Shown here: positions 18,682 through 29,384 of the stretch, piece after piece | Layout: every line of letters begins with the position of its first letter | Numbering within the stretch: the stretch's first letter is position 1 | Source: Hydrurus foetidus | Lineage: Eukaryota | Assembly: GCA_900617105.1 (NCBI GenBank) | Contig: UYFQ01000001.1 | Coordinates: 1,860,001 to 1,924,000, forward strand | Length of the DNA stretch: 64,000 nucleotides | Reading direction: 5' to 3' | The notes under the pieces: generated by a model | What the model saw: only the letters and a program-made list of their open reading frames with translations | What the model was told of the DNA's origin: nothing | The model's database searches: none | Program-made: the position numbers and the translations under genes

Positions 18682-19572
18682 ATGGAAAACATCAACTACA
18701 AACATCTGCATTACTTCTGGATGATTGCCAAATGCGGCGGTGTGGCCAAGGCGGGTGAGCGCCTGCATGTCACGCCGCAATCGATCAGCACGCAAATTCG
18801 GCAGCTTGAAGGCGCGATAGGCAGCCCGCTGTGGCGCCGCGCGGGGCGCAAGCTCGAACTCACCGACACCGGGCACTTGGTAATGGACTACGCCGACAGG
18901 CTTTTTTCGGTGGGAGAGGAACTCAAAGATGCATTGCGCGCTGGCATCACCGGCCATGGCCCCTTCAAGGTTGGGGTGGTTGATGTAGTGGCCAAAACAA
19001 TGGCGTATCTGTTGATTGCACCGGCGCTGGCGCTGCCGGAGCCGCCCCGCCTGATCTGCCGTGAAGGCAACTTTGTGGACCTGCTGGCGCAACTCGCGGT
19101 ACATAAACTTGACCTGGTGATATCTGACAGGCCCATGCACACCTCAATGAACGTCAAGGGTTACAACCATTTGCTGCTTGAATGCGGCGTCAGTTTTCTG
19201 GCGCTGCCCCACCGCGTTAAAAAATTGAAAGCCGGGTTTCCGCACAGCCTCGACGCTGTGCCTTTTTTATTGCCTGGCAACGACGCTGCAGTGAGGCCGC
19301 GTTTGCAGGCGTGGTTTGACAGATTGCGGATTCAACCGAACGTGGTGGCCGAATTCGACGATCGCGCATTGATGAAAGCATTTGGTCAAGCCGACACAGG
19401 TATTTTTTCAGTTCCGAGTTTTGTGGCCAAAGAAGTTTGCAACGAACTCGGCATGCAAGTAATTGGCAGCACGACTGAAGTTCAGGAGCAGGCGTATGCG
19501 GTGACCTGTGAGCGGCGTATCAAGCACCCCGCTGCAGTCGCCATCAATGAAGCTGCCAAGCTGGTGGCATAA
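18682..19572 (+). CDS. nhaR: LysR-type transcriptional activator, NhaR-like
   Basis: NYKHLHYFW...LHVTPQSISTQI, EFDDRALMKAFGQ, ERRIKHP. Confidence 0.8.
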   Translation: MENINYKHLHYFWMIAKCGGVAKAGERLHVTPQSISTQIRQLEGAIGSPLWRRAGRKLELTDTGHLVMDYADRLFSVGEELKDALRAGITGHGPFKVGVVDVVAKTMAYLLIAPALALPEPPRLICREGNFVDLLAQLAVHKLDLVISDRPMHTSMNVKGYNHLLLECGVSFLALPHRVKKLKAGFPHSLDAVPFLLPGNDAAVRPRLQAWFDRLRIQPNVVAEFDDRALMKAFGQADTGIFSVPSFVAKEVCNELGMQVIGSTTEVQEQAYAVTCERRIKHPAAVAINEAAKLVA

Positions 19573-19651
19573 AATTTGGTTTGTAGGCAGCGTGAAAATG
19601 CTATGTATTTATGAGCTGCTTGCGCCCGTAATTGTTAGGCTAGAGGCCAAT

Positions 19652-20911
19652 TTGACTGATAAATTTGATGTAGTAGTGATTGGCGCAGGCGCAGCGGGCC
19701 TGTTTTGCGCAGCCGTTGCTGGCCAGCGCGGCTTGAGTGTGCTGGTGATTGACCACAGCGAGAAAGTCGCCGAAAAAATCCGCATATCAGGCGGTGGGCG
19801 CTGCAACTTCACCAACCGCGATGTGTCGCCGGCCAACTTTTTAAGTGACAACCCGCACTTTTGCCGTTCGGCCCTGGCGGGCTACACGCCGCAAGACTTT
19901 ATTGCGCTGCTGCAAAAGCACGGCGTGCCGTTTCATGAAAAACACAAGGGGCAGTTGTTTTGCGACCGGTCGGCCGAAGACGTTATCAACTTGCTGCTGG
20001 CCGAGTGCACGGACGGCAAGGTGGAGCGCTGGCAGCCCTGCAGCGTTAAAAAAGTGACTGATTTAGTCATAAAAAGTGACGGCAGCCCAAACAAGACAGG
20101 CGCAAGCAGCTATCAAATTGATACTGATCGTGGACTGATTGAAACCCCGCAAATCGTGGTCGCCACAGGAGGGTTGTCAATCCCGAAAATTGGCGCGACT
20201 GATTTTGGCTACCGCATTGCCCAGCAGTTCGGTCTGCGCATGATTGAGCCCCGAGCCGCGCTGGTGCCGTTAACTTTTGATGGTGAAGCGTGGCTGCCGT
20301 TTGCGCAGCTGGCGGGCCTGGCGCTACCGGTGCAAATTGAAACCGGCGCTGCGGATACCAGCCCCAAACAACGTAAAAAAGCGACTGTGTTTGCCGAAGA
20401 CCTGCTATTTACTCACAAAGGCCTGAGCGGCCCTGCCGTACTTCAAATATCCAGCTTTTGGCAGGCAGGTCAAAGCCTGCGCGTGAATTTGGCGCCGGGT
20501 CAGGACCTGAACCAGGCGCTGCTAAAAGCCAAGGCCAGCTCAAAAAAACTCATCGCCAACGAGCTGGCCAGCGTCGTGCCCAGCCGACTGGCAGACGCCT
20601 GGGCCAGCACAGACCCCGCCCTGCAACGCCCCATTTGCGATGCAACCGATAAAGCGCTGACCGGGTTGGCCGAGCGCTTGTCCGACTGGCAACTGACCCC
20701 CAACGGGAGCGAAGGCTACAAAAAAGCCGAAGTCACTGCCGGCGGAGTAGACACACGAGATTTGTCGTCCCGCACCATGGAATCAAAGCAGCCCGGGCTG
20801 TATTTCATTGGCGAAGTGGTGGATGTAACTGGCTGGCTGGGTGGGTACAACTTTCAATGGGCTTGGGCTAGTGGGTTTGCTTGTGGGAATTCGCTGAGTA
20901 AGAGCCCATGA
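19652..20911 (+). CDS. HI0933/YhiN family flavoprotein
   Basis: IGAGAAG, KIRISGGGRCNFTN, LFTHKGLSGP, GWLGGYNFQWAW. TTG start is inferred. Confidence 0.92.
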   Translation: MTDKFDVVVIGAGAAGLFCAAVAGQRGLSVLVIDHSEKVAEKIRISGGGRCNFTNRDVSPANFLSDNPHFCRSALAGYTPQDFIALLQKHGVPFHEKHKGQLFCDRSAEDVINLLLAECTDGKVERWQPCSVKKVTDLVIKSDGSPNKTGASSYQIDTDRGLIETPQIVVATGGLSIPKIGATDFGYRIAQQFGLRMIEPRAALVPLTFDGEAWLPFAQLAGLALPVQIETGAADTSPKQRKKATVFAEDLLFTHKGLSGPAVLQISSFWQAGQSLRVNLAPGQDLNQALLKAKASSKKLIANELASVVPSRLADAWASTDPALQRPICDATDKALTGLAERLSDWQLTPNGSEGYKKAEVTAGGVDTRDLSSRTMESKQPGLYFIGEVVDVTGWLGGYNFQWAWASGFACGNSLSKSP

Positions 20912-20941
20912 CGTCAGATTTGCGCTTGTGGGCCTTTACCC

Positions 20942-21292
20942 GCAACGGCCACGGCGCATCTGCCTCCGCGAATGTCCCCCGCCCCGTTGGGGCTCCTCCT
21001 TGATTTCGCTGCGGCAGACGCGCCATGCCCATTGCTAAACAGGGTTTTTGTGAAATCGAGGAAATAGCCCGCAGAGCGGTGTGCCTGAGTGTTTTGCGGA
21101 GGTCAAGGAGGAGGCCCAACGGGCCGGGGGACACGTAGCAGAACACTCGGGCATACCGCTCGCTCCTGGTTTGCAAATAGTGTGCGGCCCCCGATTTACC
21201 AAGCAGGGGCCGCGGAACTGGCTTTGCCAGGCCGCTGGCGCAGCGCCCCCGCGGGGGGCAGAGAGCCGCACGCAGTGGGCGAACGTGGGGGC
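20942..21292. repeat. Cluster of structured palindromic elements upstream of rpsU
   Basis: Two inverted copies of a purine-rich core, each closed by a 23-24 bp stem, plus a third GC-rich element. Confidence 0.7.
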
Positions 21293-21391
21293 GTGTTGTA
21301 TACTCACAGGCTTTGCTAGCAAACCCGCATCTGGCCTGATTCTGATCAAATCGCCGGCTTTAAAGATGCATACTTTGGAATCCCAAGACCC

Positions 21392-21604
21392 ATGACGACC
21401 ATTCGCGTAAAAGATAACGAGCCATTTGACGTAGCGCTGCGCCGCTTCAAACGCACCATTGAAAAACTCGGCTTGCTGACCGACCTGCGCGCGCGCGAGT
21501 TTTATGAAAAGCCAACCGCCGAGCGCAAGCGCAAAAAAGCCGCTGCCGTCAAGCGCAACTACAAGCGCATTCGGGCCATGCAGTTGCCGAAAAAATTGTT
21601 CTAA
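21392..21604 (+). CDS. rpsU: 30S ribosomal protein S21
   Basis: [13 protein letters not shown]...REFYEKPT. Confidence 0.98.
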   Translation: MTTIRVKDNEPFDVALRRFKRTIEKLGLLTDLRAREFYEKPTAERKRKKAAAVKRNYKRIRAMQLPKKLF

Positions 21605-21621
21605 ACAATTTTGCTTAATTT

Positions 21622-21657
21622 AAAAAGCCCGCTAGAGTTCACTCTGCGGGCTTTTTA
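21622..21657. terminator. Terminator-like hairpin after rpsU
   Basis: AAAAGCCCGC...GCGGGCTTTT. Confidence 0.75.
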
Positions 21658-21705
21658 CATTTAACGCTTTTGCCCCACGCAACCGTCCCTAACTGAAAGC
21701 CCGCC

Positions 21706-22161
21706 ATGCTCCTCAAAGACCAAATTACCGAAGACATGAAAACCGCCATGCGCGCCAAAGACACGCAGCGCCTGGGCACCATTCGCCTGCTGTTGGCGGC
21801 CATCAAGCAAAAAGAAGTGGACGAGCGCATCGTGCTCGACGACATCGCCGTGGTTGCGATTGTGGACAAACTCATCAAGCAGCGCAAAGACTCGATTGAA
21901 GCCTTCACCAAAGCGGCCCGCATGGACTTGGCCGAGATTGAAAGCGCCGAGCTGCTGGTGCTCAACGCCTACTTGCCCGCCCGCCTGAGCGCCGACGCCG
22001 TGCTCGCCGAGGTTAAAATTGTGGCGGCTGAGATGAACGCGAGCGGGCCCGGCGACATGGGTAAAGTCATGGCCGCAGCCAAGGCCAAACTGGCAGGCCA
22101 AGCCGACATGGGGCAAATATCGGGTGCAGTCAAGGCGGTGTTGGCTGGCTTGGCGGTTTAA
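21706..22161 (+). CDS. yqeY: GatB/YqeY domain protein
   Basis: DMKTAMRAKD...KQRKDSI...DMGKVM. Confidence 0.93.
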   Translation: MLLKDQITEDMKTAMRAKDTQRLGTIRLLLAAIKQKEVDERIVLDDIAVVAIVDKLIKQRKDSIEAFTKAARMDLAEIESAELLVLNAYLPARLSADAVLAEVKIVAAEMNASGPGDMGKVMAAAKAKLAGQADMGQISGAVKAVLAGLAV

Positions 22162-22184
22162 CTTTTAAATTTATCGAATTAGAC

Positions 22185-23654
22185 ATGTTTTACACTAATT
22201 TTAGTGCTGTAGCCCAATTAAATCGCGTGCGAGCAGCTTCTTTTTTTATAGCACTCAGCGTGCTGGCCACAGCTAATGGCTACGCGCAAGAAGCCAGCCT
22301 GCCCTACACCGTCAAGTCGCAAGACAAATTGATTGTGCTCACGGCTGAGCTGCTGGCCAACCCCATCAACTGGCCAGAAGTCGCGCGGTTTAATCGCCTG
22401 AAGAACCCGAATCAAATTGCCCCAGGGCAAGTCATCAACATACCGACGCGGCTAATGAAGTCGCAGCCAGTCAACGCAAAAATCATCAGCACCTTTGGCG
22501 ATGTGCAGCTTGCGGGCCAGCCAGCCGTACTGGGCACGGCGGTGGTTGAAGGCACCAAACTGCAAACCGCGGTCAACAGCTCAGCCGTGCTGGAGCTGGC
22601 CGATGGCAGTCGCGTCACGCTGCTGCCCAACACGCTGGCCGAGCTTGTCGCCAGCCGCAACTACGCCACGCGCAATGCAGCCGCAAGCGGCAGCAGCAAT
22701 GCGTTTAGCGGCTTGATTCGATTGGTGCAAGGCGCACTAGACACCGTAGCCAGCAAAACCGTGCGCCGCGCTGCCCCACTGCAAATTGAAACGCCAACGT
22801 CGCTGGTGGGCGTGCGCGGCACGCAGTTTCGGGTGGCCTACGACGGCACGGCCAGCCAAAACGCCCGCACCGAGGTGCTTGAAGGCATCGTACGGGCCGA
22901 CAACACCGCTCAAAAAGTTGGCGCTGAATTGCCCCAAGGCAAAGGCGCCGTACTAAGCCCTGCCGTTAAGGAAATCACGGTGGTTGACCTGCTTCCTGCG
23001 CCCGATTTGGCGGGCTCGCCGAGCGACATCATCAAGCCCGCTGCGCTGTGGCCACTGCCCAACCTGGCGGGGGCCAAGGCGTACCGGGTGCAAATTGCGG
23101 TGGACGAAAGCTTTAACAAAATTGTGCGCGACCTGCTTGTCACTGACCGCAACGCCAATTTGGCCAGCCTGCCCAACGGCGGCTGGTTTGCGCGGGTTCG
23201 CGGCATCGACGCTGCTGGCATTGAAGGCTTCGACAGCGCCAAAGCCGTGCAGGTTGTGCTGCCGCCCCCGCCGTTTGTGGCACCCAAGCAGTGGAGCATC
23301 AGCGGCGACAGACTTGATGTGACGGGCGGCGAACATATTTTGCAATTCAGTCAACTCGGCCTTGACGCCAGCCACCTGATCACGGCTGAAGTCACGACAA
23401 ACGCCCCACCTTTTGCAAGCTTGGGCAAAGCCAGCGTCAAAGGTGACAACGCAAAAATCGTGATGAATTTGGGCTACCTGCCGCCGGGCTCAGAGCTGCG
23501 TTTAAACCTGACGGTGGCGCAAAGCGATGGGGCAAAAGTTATTCCGCTGGCTTACCGCTTTAGTCCTTTAGGCGGCTGGGGTTGGGCTGAGGGTACGCTG
23601 CAAAGCGTCCAGCCCGCCAATCCAAACCAAACAGCGGAGCCACAACGTAAATAA
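22185..23654 (+). CDS. Secreted LysM + FecR-domain protein (paralog 1)
   Basis: LysM (YTVK...NRLKNPNQIAPGQVINIP); FecR (TPTSLVGVRGTQFRV); FnIII-like WFARVRGID. Confidence 0.8.
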   Translation: MFYTNFSAVAQLNRVRAASFFIALSVLATANGYAQEASLPYTVKSQDKLIVLTAELLANPINWPEVARFNRLKNPNQIAPGQVINIPTRLMKSQPVNAKIISTFGDVQLAGQPAVLGTAVVEGTKLQTAVNSSAVLELADGSRVTLLPNTLAELVASRNYATRNAAASGSSNAFSGLIRLVQGALDTVASKTVRRAAPLQIETPTSLVGVRGTQFRVAYDGTASQNARTEVLEGIVRADNTAQKVGAELPQGKGAVLSPAVKEITVVDLLPAPDLAGSPSDIIKPAALWPLPNLAGAKAYRVQIAVDESFNKIVRDLLVTDRNANLASLPNGGWFARVRGIDAAGIEGFDSAKAVQVVLPPPPFVAPKQWSISGDRLDVTGGEHILQFSQLGLDASHLITAEVTTNAPPFASLGKASVKGDNAKIVMNLGYLPPGSELRLNLTVAQSDGAKVIPLAYRFSPLGGWGWAEGTLQSVQPANPNQTAEPQRK

Positions 23655-23860
23655 GGTGATTTGAACGCTGTCACCTTGCTGCGTAAAACAAACGTGCGCT
23701 TGTGCTCAAACTATCGTGTGAAAGCAACACCACTGCGGCGGACTTGCAGTATTGGGCAATTAACGGCGCTGCAAGCTGCTTGCATAGCCGAGAGACGGCC
23801 TGGCTCGCGTACGCTCAAATCATGGCATTTCGCGCCAAACCAAAAAACAACGAGACTCCC

Positions 23861-25336
23861 ATGACTTTTGCTGAACCATCTTTTCAGACAACCTTAAGGT
23901 TTAACCAAAAAAAACGGGCGCGAATTGCTCTTTTTTTTACAGCATCAGCCACTGCTGTCGCCATGCTTTCCGCCGCTCAAGCGCAAACCCCACCGCGCAG
24001 CGAACCCAGCCTGCCGTACGTCATCAAAGCCCGCGACACTCTTAGCAAATTCAGCCGCCAAGTGCTGGTTGGCCCAGGCGCCTTGCAAGACGTGGTCAAG
24101 TTCAACCGGCTTAAAGAGGGAAGAGCGCTCACCATTGGCCAGCAGCTTGATATTCCGCTGCGACTGCTCAAGTCAACCCCTGCAGGTGGAAAAGTCATCA
24201 GTGCTGAAGGAGACGTAACGTTGGGTGGCGACAAAATGCTGGCGGGCGCGCCTGTGGTCGACGGCAGTAAACTTAAAACTGGCGCCAACAGCTCAGCCGT
24301 GATTGAGCTGGGCGACGGCAGCCGCATCAAGCTGCTGCCCAACAGCCTGGCCGAAGTGGTGAGCAATAAAAATTACGCGATGCGCGATGCATCGAGCAGC
24401 GGCTCAACCAACTGGTTTTCAGGGCTGATGCGCTTGACTGAAGGCGCGCTGGAAGCGCTGGCCTCAAAAACCGCCAAACGCGCCACGCCGCTGCAAATTG
24501 AAACCCCCACGTCGGTGGTGGGCGTGCGTGGTACGGAGTTTCGGGTTGCCTTTGACGACCCGGCCAGCAAAGGCGCGCGCACCGAAGTCATTGAAGGCAA
24601 AGTGCGGGCCGACAACCCCGCCCAAAAAAGCGGAGCCGATTTGCCCATGGGCACGGGCGCGGTGATCAAACCGGTTGAAAAAGAAGTCAAGGTAGTCAAT
24701 TTGCTGCCCGCGCCTGATTTGTCAGGTATTTCATCAGAGGTGCTCAAGCCGCAAGGCAGCTGGCCCATGCCCACACTGGCGGGCGCCAGCGCGTACCACG
24801 TGCAAGTGGCCAGCGACGAGCAGTTCGACAAGATCGTGCGCGACGTAAAAGTAGCCGGCAATGCAGGCGCCAGCGCAGACCTGAGCAGCCTGCCCGTCGG
24901 CAACTGGTTTGCCCGCGTGCGCGGCATCGATGGGGTTGGCCTGGAAGGCTACAACACCGTTAAATTGATTGCCGTGAAAGACGGTGAATGGCGCATCAGC
25001 TATTCAAGCTTGAGCGCCACAGGTGGCGGCACTGTGCTTAGCTGGGTTGGGCAGCAGGCCAACGGCCAAGCCTTGACGGCCGACAGCTATTCAGCCGTAC
25101 TTGCCAGCGACGCTGCGTTAAGCCAGGCGGCCCGTTCGGTGGCCGCTACGCCACAAACCGCAGGCAAAGCGCCGAGCTTAAATTTAGGTGATTTAATGCC
25201 TGGCGTTTACTTTATTCGGCTCACCAGCAAAGACGGTGCGCGCAGTGCCACGTACCGTTTTGAATTGACCGCTAACTGGGGCGTGACCCAGTTTGACCAA
25301 ACCAGTGCGCTGCAAACAGCTGCCAGCTCAAAATAG
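23861..25336 (+). CDS. Secreted LysM + FecR-domain protein (paralog 2)
   Basis: Same motifs (YVIKARDTL, TPTSVVGVRGTEFRV, WFARVRGID) with a different C-terminal domain. Confidence 0.8.
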   Translation: MTFAEPSFQTTLRFNQKKRARIALFFTASATAVAMLSAAQAQTPPRSEPSLPYVIKARDTLSKFSRQVLVGPGALQDVVKFNRLKEGRALTIGQQLDIPLRLLKSTPAGGKVISAEGDVTLGGDKMLAGAPVVDGSKLKTGANSSAVIELGDGSRIKLLPNSLAEVVSNKNYAMRDASSSGSTNWFSGLMRLTEGALEALASKTAKRATPLQIETPTSVVGVRGTEFRVAFDDPASKGARTEVIEGKVRADNPAQKSGADLPMGTGAVIKPVEKEVKVVNLLPAPDLSGISSEVLKPQGSWPMPTLAGASAYHVQVASDEQFDKIVRDVKVAGNAGASADLSSLPVGNWFARVRGIDGVGLEGYNTVKLIAVKDGEWRISYSSLSATGGGTVLSWVGQQANGQALTADSYSAVLASDAALSQAARSVAATPQTAGKAPSLNLGDLMPGVYFIRLTSKDGARSATYRFELTANWGVTQFDQTSALQTAASSK

Positions 25337-25467
25337 CCTAATATTGCGTTAAATTGGCATTAAATAGGCCTCTAGCCAAATGAATACAGGCGCGAGCAGC
25401 TATTGATTCAGTAGCAAGTTAATCGACCTGGAGTACACGGGCCAATCACACGCCCATGGCTTGCCCA

Positions 25468-26247
25468 TCACTTACCCATCAGTTGGGTCAGCTTGTCAGC
25501 TTCAAATTTGCACTCAATGGCTGCTGCGTCGGGCACGCAGTCTGTGTGCACCCCGTCGCTGTTGCTGCTGGCAGACAACTTTTCAATGGCCTGCCACAGC
25601 AGCGCAATTTGCTGCTCTTGCGTGCTGGCGTTGTCGATCAGCCCTTTCATCGCCATCGACACCGGGTCGTCTTCCAGCGTGATGCCGTAGGCCGAAAAAG
25701 TTGTTGGCGTAACGTCTGCCGATGCGTCGTTCTTCGACGGAATAATTCGCGCCGGAATGCCCACCGCTGTGGCCCCTGCAGGCACGGGTTTGATCACCAC
25801 TGCGTTGCTGCCAATTTTGGCCCCGTCGCCCACCGAAAACCCGCCGAGCACTTTGGCACCGGCGCTAACCACCACGTTTTTTCCTAATGTGGGGTGGCGC
25901 TTTTCGCCTTTGTAAAGCGACGTGCCGCCGAGCGTGACGCCCTGGTAAATGGTGCAGCCATCGCCTATTTCTGCGGTTTCACCCACCACCACGCCCATCG
26001 CGTGATCAAAAAACACACAAGTGCCGATTTTTGCGCCGGGGTGAATTTCAATGCCAGTCAGCCCCCGGGCGATGTGCGAAATAAACCGGCCCAGCCATTT
26101 AAAGCCGTTGTTCCAGCACCAGTGCGCGCGGCGGTGCAGCACCAGCGCGTGCAGGCCGGGGTAGCAAGTCAACACCTCCCAGGTGGTGCGGGCGGCCGGG
26201 TCCCGGTCCAGGATGCAGGCGATGTCTGAGCGGAGGCGTGAAAACAT
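25468..26247 (-). CDS. cysE: Serine O-acetyltransferase
   Basis: [30 protein letters not shown]. Confidence 0.96.
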   Translation of the reverse strand: MFSRLRSDIACILDRDPAARTTWEVLTCYPGLHALVLHRRAHWCWNNGFKWLGRFISHIARGLTGIEIHPGAKIGTCVFFDHAMGVVVGETAEIGDGCTIYQGVTLGGTSLYKGEKRHPTLGKNVVVSAGAKVLGGFSVGDGAKIGSNAVVIKPVPAGATAVGIPARIIPSKNDASADVTPTTFSAYGITLEDDPVSMAMKGLIDNASTQEQQIALLWQAIEKLSASSNSDGVHTDCVPDAAAIECKFEADKLTQLMGK

Positions 26248-26256
26248 CGTTGTAGT

Positions 26257-27087
26257 TTAGTGGTCAGGCGAAACGCTCGCTGGCGGGGCTTTTTTCAAAA
26301 TCATCTTCGCAATACCGCGCAAGATGTGGATTTCTTCTGGGCTCAGTTGCGCGCGGTTGACCAGCTGGTTCAAGCGCGGCAAAAGCTTTTTCGGTGCAGC
26401 GGGGTCTAAAAAGTCAATGGCTACCAAGGCTTCTTCAAGGTGTTTGACCATGCCGGCAACTTCTTTGGCGTCGGCCAGCTTGGGCGGGGCAGTGGCCTGC
26501 GGCACGTTGAAACCGCCCAACGCTTCGCGCCAGTCGTAAGCAATCAACTGCACAGCCGCGCCCAAATTAAGCGAGCCAAATTGCGGGTCGGTGGGAATGC
26601 TCAAACACGCGTGGCAGCGGTACACGTCGTCGTTTTGCATGCCAAAACGCTCCGAGCCAAATAAGAAAGCCACCCCGTCGGGTTTTTCTCTTTTATCGTC
26701 AGTTTTGGGGGCTTTAGGGTCCATTTCAGGGGTTATATCAGCCTGTAGCCCAATAAATTCGGGCGCGAGCAGCTCATTATTTAATAGCGCTTTAAAGTGC
26801 GCTCGGGGTGCCATGGTGGGCGGGCCAAAGTCGCGCGGGGTCATGGCGGTGGCACACAAGTGGGTCATGCCGTCTAAAGCTTCGTCGAGTGTCTCCACAA
26901 TCCGCGCGTTCTTCAAAACGTCCAGCGCGCCGCTGGCCCGCTGAATGGTTTCTTCACGCCGCAGCACGTTGGCCCAGCGCGGCGCAACCAGTACCAGGTC
27001 GTCAAAACCCATGACCTTCATGGCGCGCGCCGCCGCACCCACGTTACCGGCATGGCTGGTGTTGATGAGGATGAAACGGGTTTTCAA
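26257..27087 (-). CDS. trmJ: tRNA methyltransferase, TrmJ/LasT family
   Basis: HAGNVGAAARAMK, FGSERFG, SLNLGAAV; sits between suhB and cysE. Confidence 0.88.
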   Translation of the reverse strand: MKTRFILINTSHAGNVGAAARAMKVMGFDDLVLVAPRWANVLRREETIQRASGALDVLKNARIVETLDEALDGMTHLCATAMTPRDFGPPTMAPRAHFKALLNNELLAPEFIGLQADITPEMDPKAPKTDDKREKPDGVAFLFGSERFGMQNDDVYRCHACLSIPTDPQFGSLNLGAAVQLIAYDWREALGGFNVPQATAPPKLADAKEVAGMVKHLEEALVAIDFLDPAAPKKLLPRLNQLVNRAQLSPEEIHILRGIAKMILKKAPPASVSPDH

Positions 27088-27177
27088 GAGAAATTCAGGC
27101 TGGCTGCAAGGTAAAATCACTATTGTCGCTGCCTCCGATTGTCGGATTACAGCTTTTTCCCGTTCTTTCCCACCTCT

Positions 27178-28167
27178 ATGTCAGCAAACCTGCACCCCAT
27201 GCTCAATGTGGCCATCAAGGCTGCGCGCGCCGCCGGCGCCATCATCAACCGCGCCGCGCTAGACGTTGAATCGGTTCGGGTATCGACCAAGCAAATCAAC
27301 GACTTTGTGACGGACATCGACCAAAAAGCCGAAGCTGCCATCATTGAAACGCTGCTAACCGCCTACCCTACCCACGGCATATTGGCCGAAGAGTCGGGCA
27401 GCGAGCACGGCGCCGCAGGCTCTGACTTTGTGTGGATCATTGACCCGCTGGACGGCACCACCAATTTTATTCACGGCTTTCCTATTTACTGCGTGTCGAT
27501 TGCGCTGGCGGTCAAAGGCAAAATTGAACAAGCCGTGGTGTACGACCCGACTCGCAACGATATTTTTTGCGCCACCAAGGGCCGCGGTGCGTACATGAAC
27601 GACCGCCGCATTCGCGTGTCTAAACGCAGCCGCCTGCAAGACTGCCTGATTTCTACCGGATTTCCGTACCAGCCCGGCAACAAGCTCAAACAACACCTGG
27701 CCATGCTGGGTGAAATCATTTCGCAAACTGCTGGCGTTCGGCGCCCCGGCGCAGCTGCGCTAGATTTGGCTTATGTGGCCGCCGGTTTTAGCGACGGCTT
27801 TTTTGAAAGTGGCCTCAAACCCTGGGACGTGGCGGCAGGCTCGCTCTTGATTACCGAGGCAGGCGGGCTGGTGGGCAACTACACCGGCGATTCTGACTTT
27901 TTGCACGTCGGCGAATGCGTAGCTGCCAACCCGCGCGTTTACGGGCAGCTGTTGACCACGTTAGCCAAATACAGCCAGTTTGAGCCTGCGCCCAGGGCCA
28001 AGAAAACATCTGTTGGCAGGCCAATAGCAGACGCAGCACCTGCCCAAGACGGCCAAACCGTTGAAGCCGCATTTGCTGGGTCGATTGCGGCCAAGCCCAC
28101 GCTAACCGCCAAGCCGCGCCGCATCAAGCCCGCGCAACCCCACCCCACCCCAGATGCGCCGTTTTAA
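27178..28167 (+). CDS. suhB: Inositol monophosphatase
   Basis: [21 protein letters not shown]. Confidence 0.94.
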   Translation: MSANLHPMLNVAIKAARAAGAIINRAALDVESVRVSTKQINDFVTDIDQKAEAAIIETLLTAYPTHGILAEESGSEHGAAGSDFVWIIDPLDGTTNFIHGFPIYCVSIALAVKGKIEQAVVYDPTRNDIFCATKGRGAYMNDRRIRVSKRSRLQDCLISTGFPYQPGNKLKQHLAMLGEIISQTAGVRRPGAAALDLAYVAAGFSDGFFESGLKPWDVAAGSLLITEAGGLVGNYTGDSDFLHVGECVAANPRVYGQLLTTLAKYSQFEPAPRAKKTSVGRPIADAAPAQDGQTVEAAFAGSIAAKPTLTAKPRRIKPAQPHPTPDAPF

Positions 28168-28188
28168 GTCTTTCGGCTTAAGCGTCGC

Positions 28189-28212
28189 GTCGATGACAGC
28201 AATGTCATCGAC
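28189..28212. promoter_or_regulatory. CusR/CopR-box-like operator
   Basis: Perfect inverted repeat GTCGATGACA-GCAA-TGTCATCGAC (TGACA-N4-TGTCA core) upstream of a two-component operon. Confidence 0.7.
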
Positions 28213-28277
28213 CCTGACGGTTTGCAGTGCCTAATGAGAACTGTTCGCTTGCCTGCTCAAGCACAAGAAAGGCTTTC

Positions 28278-28694
28278 ATGATGATCGTTAAATCCGCCGC
28301 ACTGACTGTGCCCATTTTGGTTGCGAGCGCTTTGCTCGCCAGCGCGGCCTACAGCCAAAGTCCGCCGCCCGCACGCGCGGCCAGCGGCGCCAGCGCACCT
28401 GCAGCGCCTTCGACCGGTGCCAGCGCGCCACAAGGCGCAGCTGCGCAGGCACTCACCACGGCCCAGCTCGCCATAGTTACCAAGGTGTTGGCACAGTACA
28501 AGCCAGCCAGCTTGACTGCCGATGACGCTAAGCTCATCAAGCGCACGCTGCGTGATTCAGGCTTGGCCCGCAGCGCAGCGCTTGACGCGGCCATGAACGC
28601 GGCCGGCTTTAGCCCTGCCAAACTCGACCAGCTGGACCCGCCGCCCGCCCGCCCCGCCGACAGCAGCGCACAGCCAGCACCACCGAAAAAATAG
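28278..28694 (+). CDS. Secreted Pro/Ala-rich hypothetical protein
   Basis: Signal peptide ending AYS-Q; small helical core; first gene of the RR-HK operon. Confidence 0.75.
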   Translation: MMIVKSAALTVPILVASALLASAAYSQSPPPARAASGASAPAAPSTGASAPQGAAAQALTTAQLAIVTKVLAQYKPASLTADDAKLIKRTLRDSGLARSAALDAAMNAAGFSPAKLDQLDPPPARPADSSAQPAPPKK

Positions 28695-28700
28695 CAACTC

Positions 28701-29384
28701 ATGCGAGTTTTGCTGATCGAAGACGAGCAAAAAATTGCAGACTTTGTATGCCTCGGGCTGTCTGCTCGCGGGTTCAGCGTTGACCACTGCAGCGACGGCA
28801 ACACAGGCCTGGCGCAAGCCAGTCAAGGCAACTTTGACGTCGTGGTGCTTGACATCATGCTGCCGGGCCGAGACGGGCTGTCCGTGCTTAAAGCCATGCG
28901 AAGCAGCAGCATCACCACCCCAGTGCTGCTGTTGACAGCGCGCAATGAGCTGGGTGACCGGGTTGAAGGCTTGAACCTGGGCGCAGACGATTACCTGTCC
29001 AAGCCTTTTTTCGTTGAAGAGCTGGCCGCGCGCCTGACCGCGCTGCGACGCCGGCTAGGCGGCGACCGCCAAAACACGCTGCAAGTGGGCAGCCTCAAAC
29101 TGGATCGCATCACGCGCGAGGTCAGTTGCGGGACCAGCAGCATTGAGCTGACTACGCGGGAGTTCAGTTTGCTCGAATGCCTGATGCGTTCGCCGGGCGA
29201 GGTATTCACCCGGGGCCAAATTTTGCAACACGTGTGGGGCTACGACTTTGACCCCAGCACCAACGTTGTGGACGTGTGCGTCAAGCGCATCAGGGTCAAA
29301 ATAGCTGAGCTCCCCGCCGCTCGCGACGTGGTGTACAGCATCGAAGCCGTGCGTGGCACCGGCTATCGATTCAGAAAACCGTGA
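28701..29384 (+). CDS. OmpR-family response regulator (CusR/CzcR-like)
   Basis: LDIMLPGRDG, GADDYLSKPF, VWGYDFDPSTNVVDV, VRGTGY. Confidence 0.92.
   Translation: MRVLLIEDEQKIADFVCLGLSARGFSVDHCSDGNTGLAQASQGNFDVVVLDIMLPGRDGLSVLKAMRSSSITTPVLLLTARNELGDRVEGLNLGADDYLSKPFFVEELAARLTALRRRLGGDRQNTLQVGSLKLDRITREVSCGTSSIELTTREFSLLECLMRSPGEVFTRGQILQHVWGYDFDPSTNVVDVCVKRIRVKIAELPAARDVVYSIEAVRGTGYRFRKP

Noticed and set aside
19508..19651. Long N-terminal extensions in the ORF track (also 4865, 23702, 46888, 51232, 60814)
   Set aside because: They overlap neighbouring genes, promoters or repeats; downstream starts fit RBSs and family N-termini better.
20868..21395. Short ORFs across the structured region before rpsU
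   Set aside because: They are by-products of GC-rich palindromes and show no protein-like motifs.
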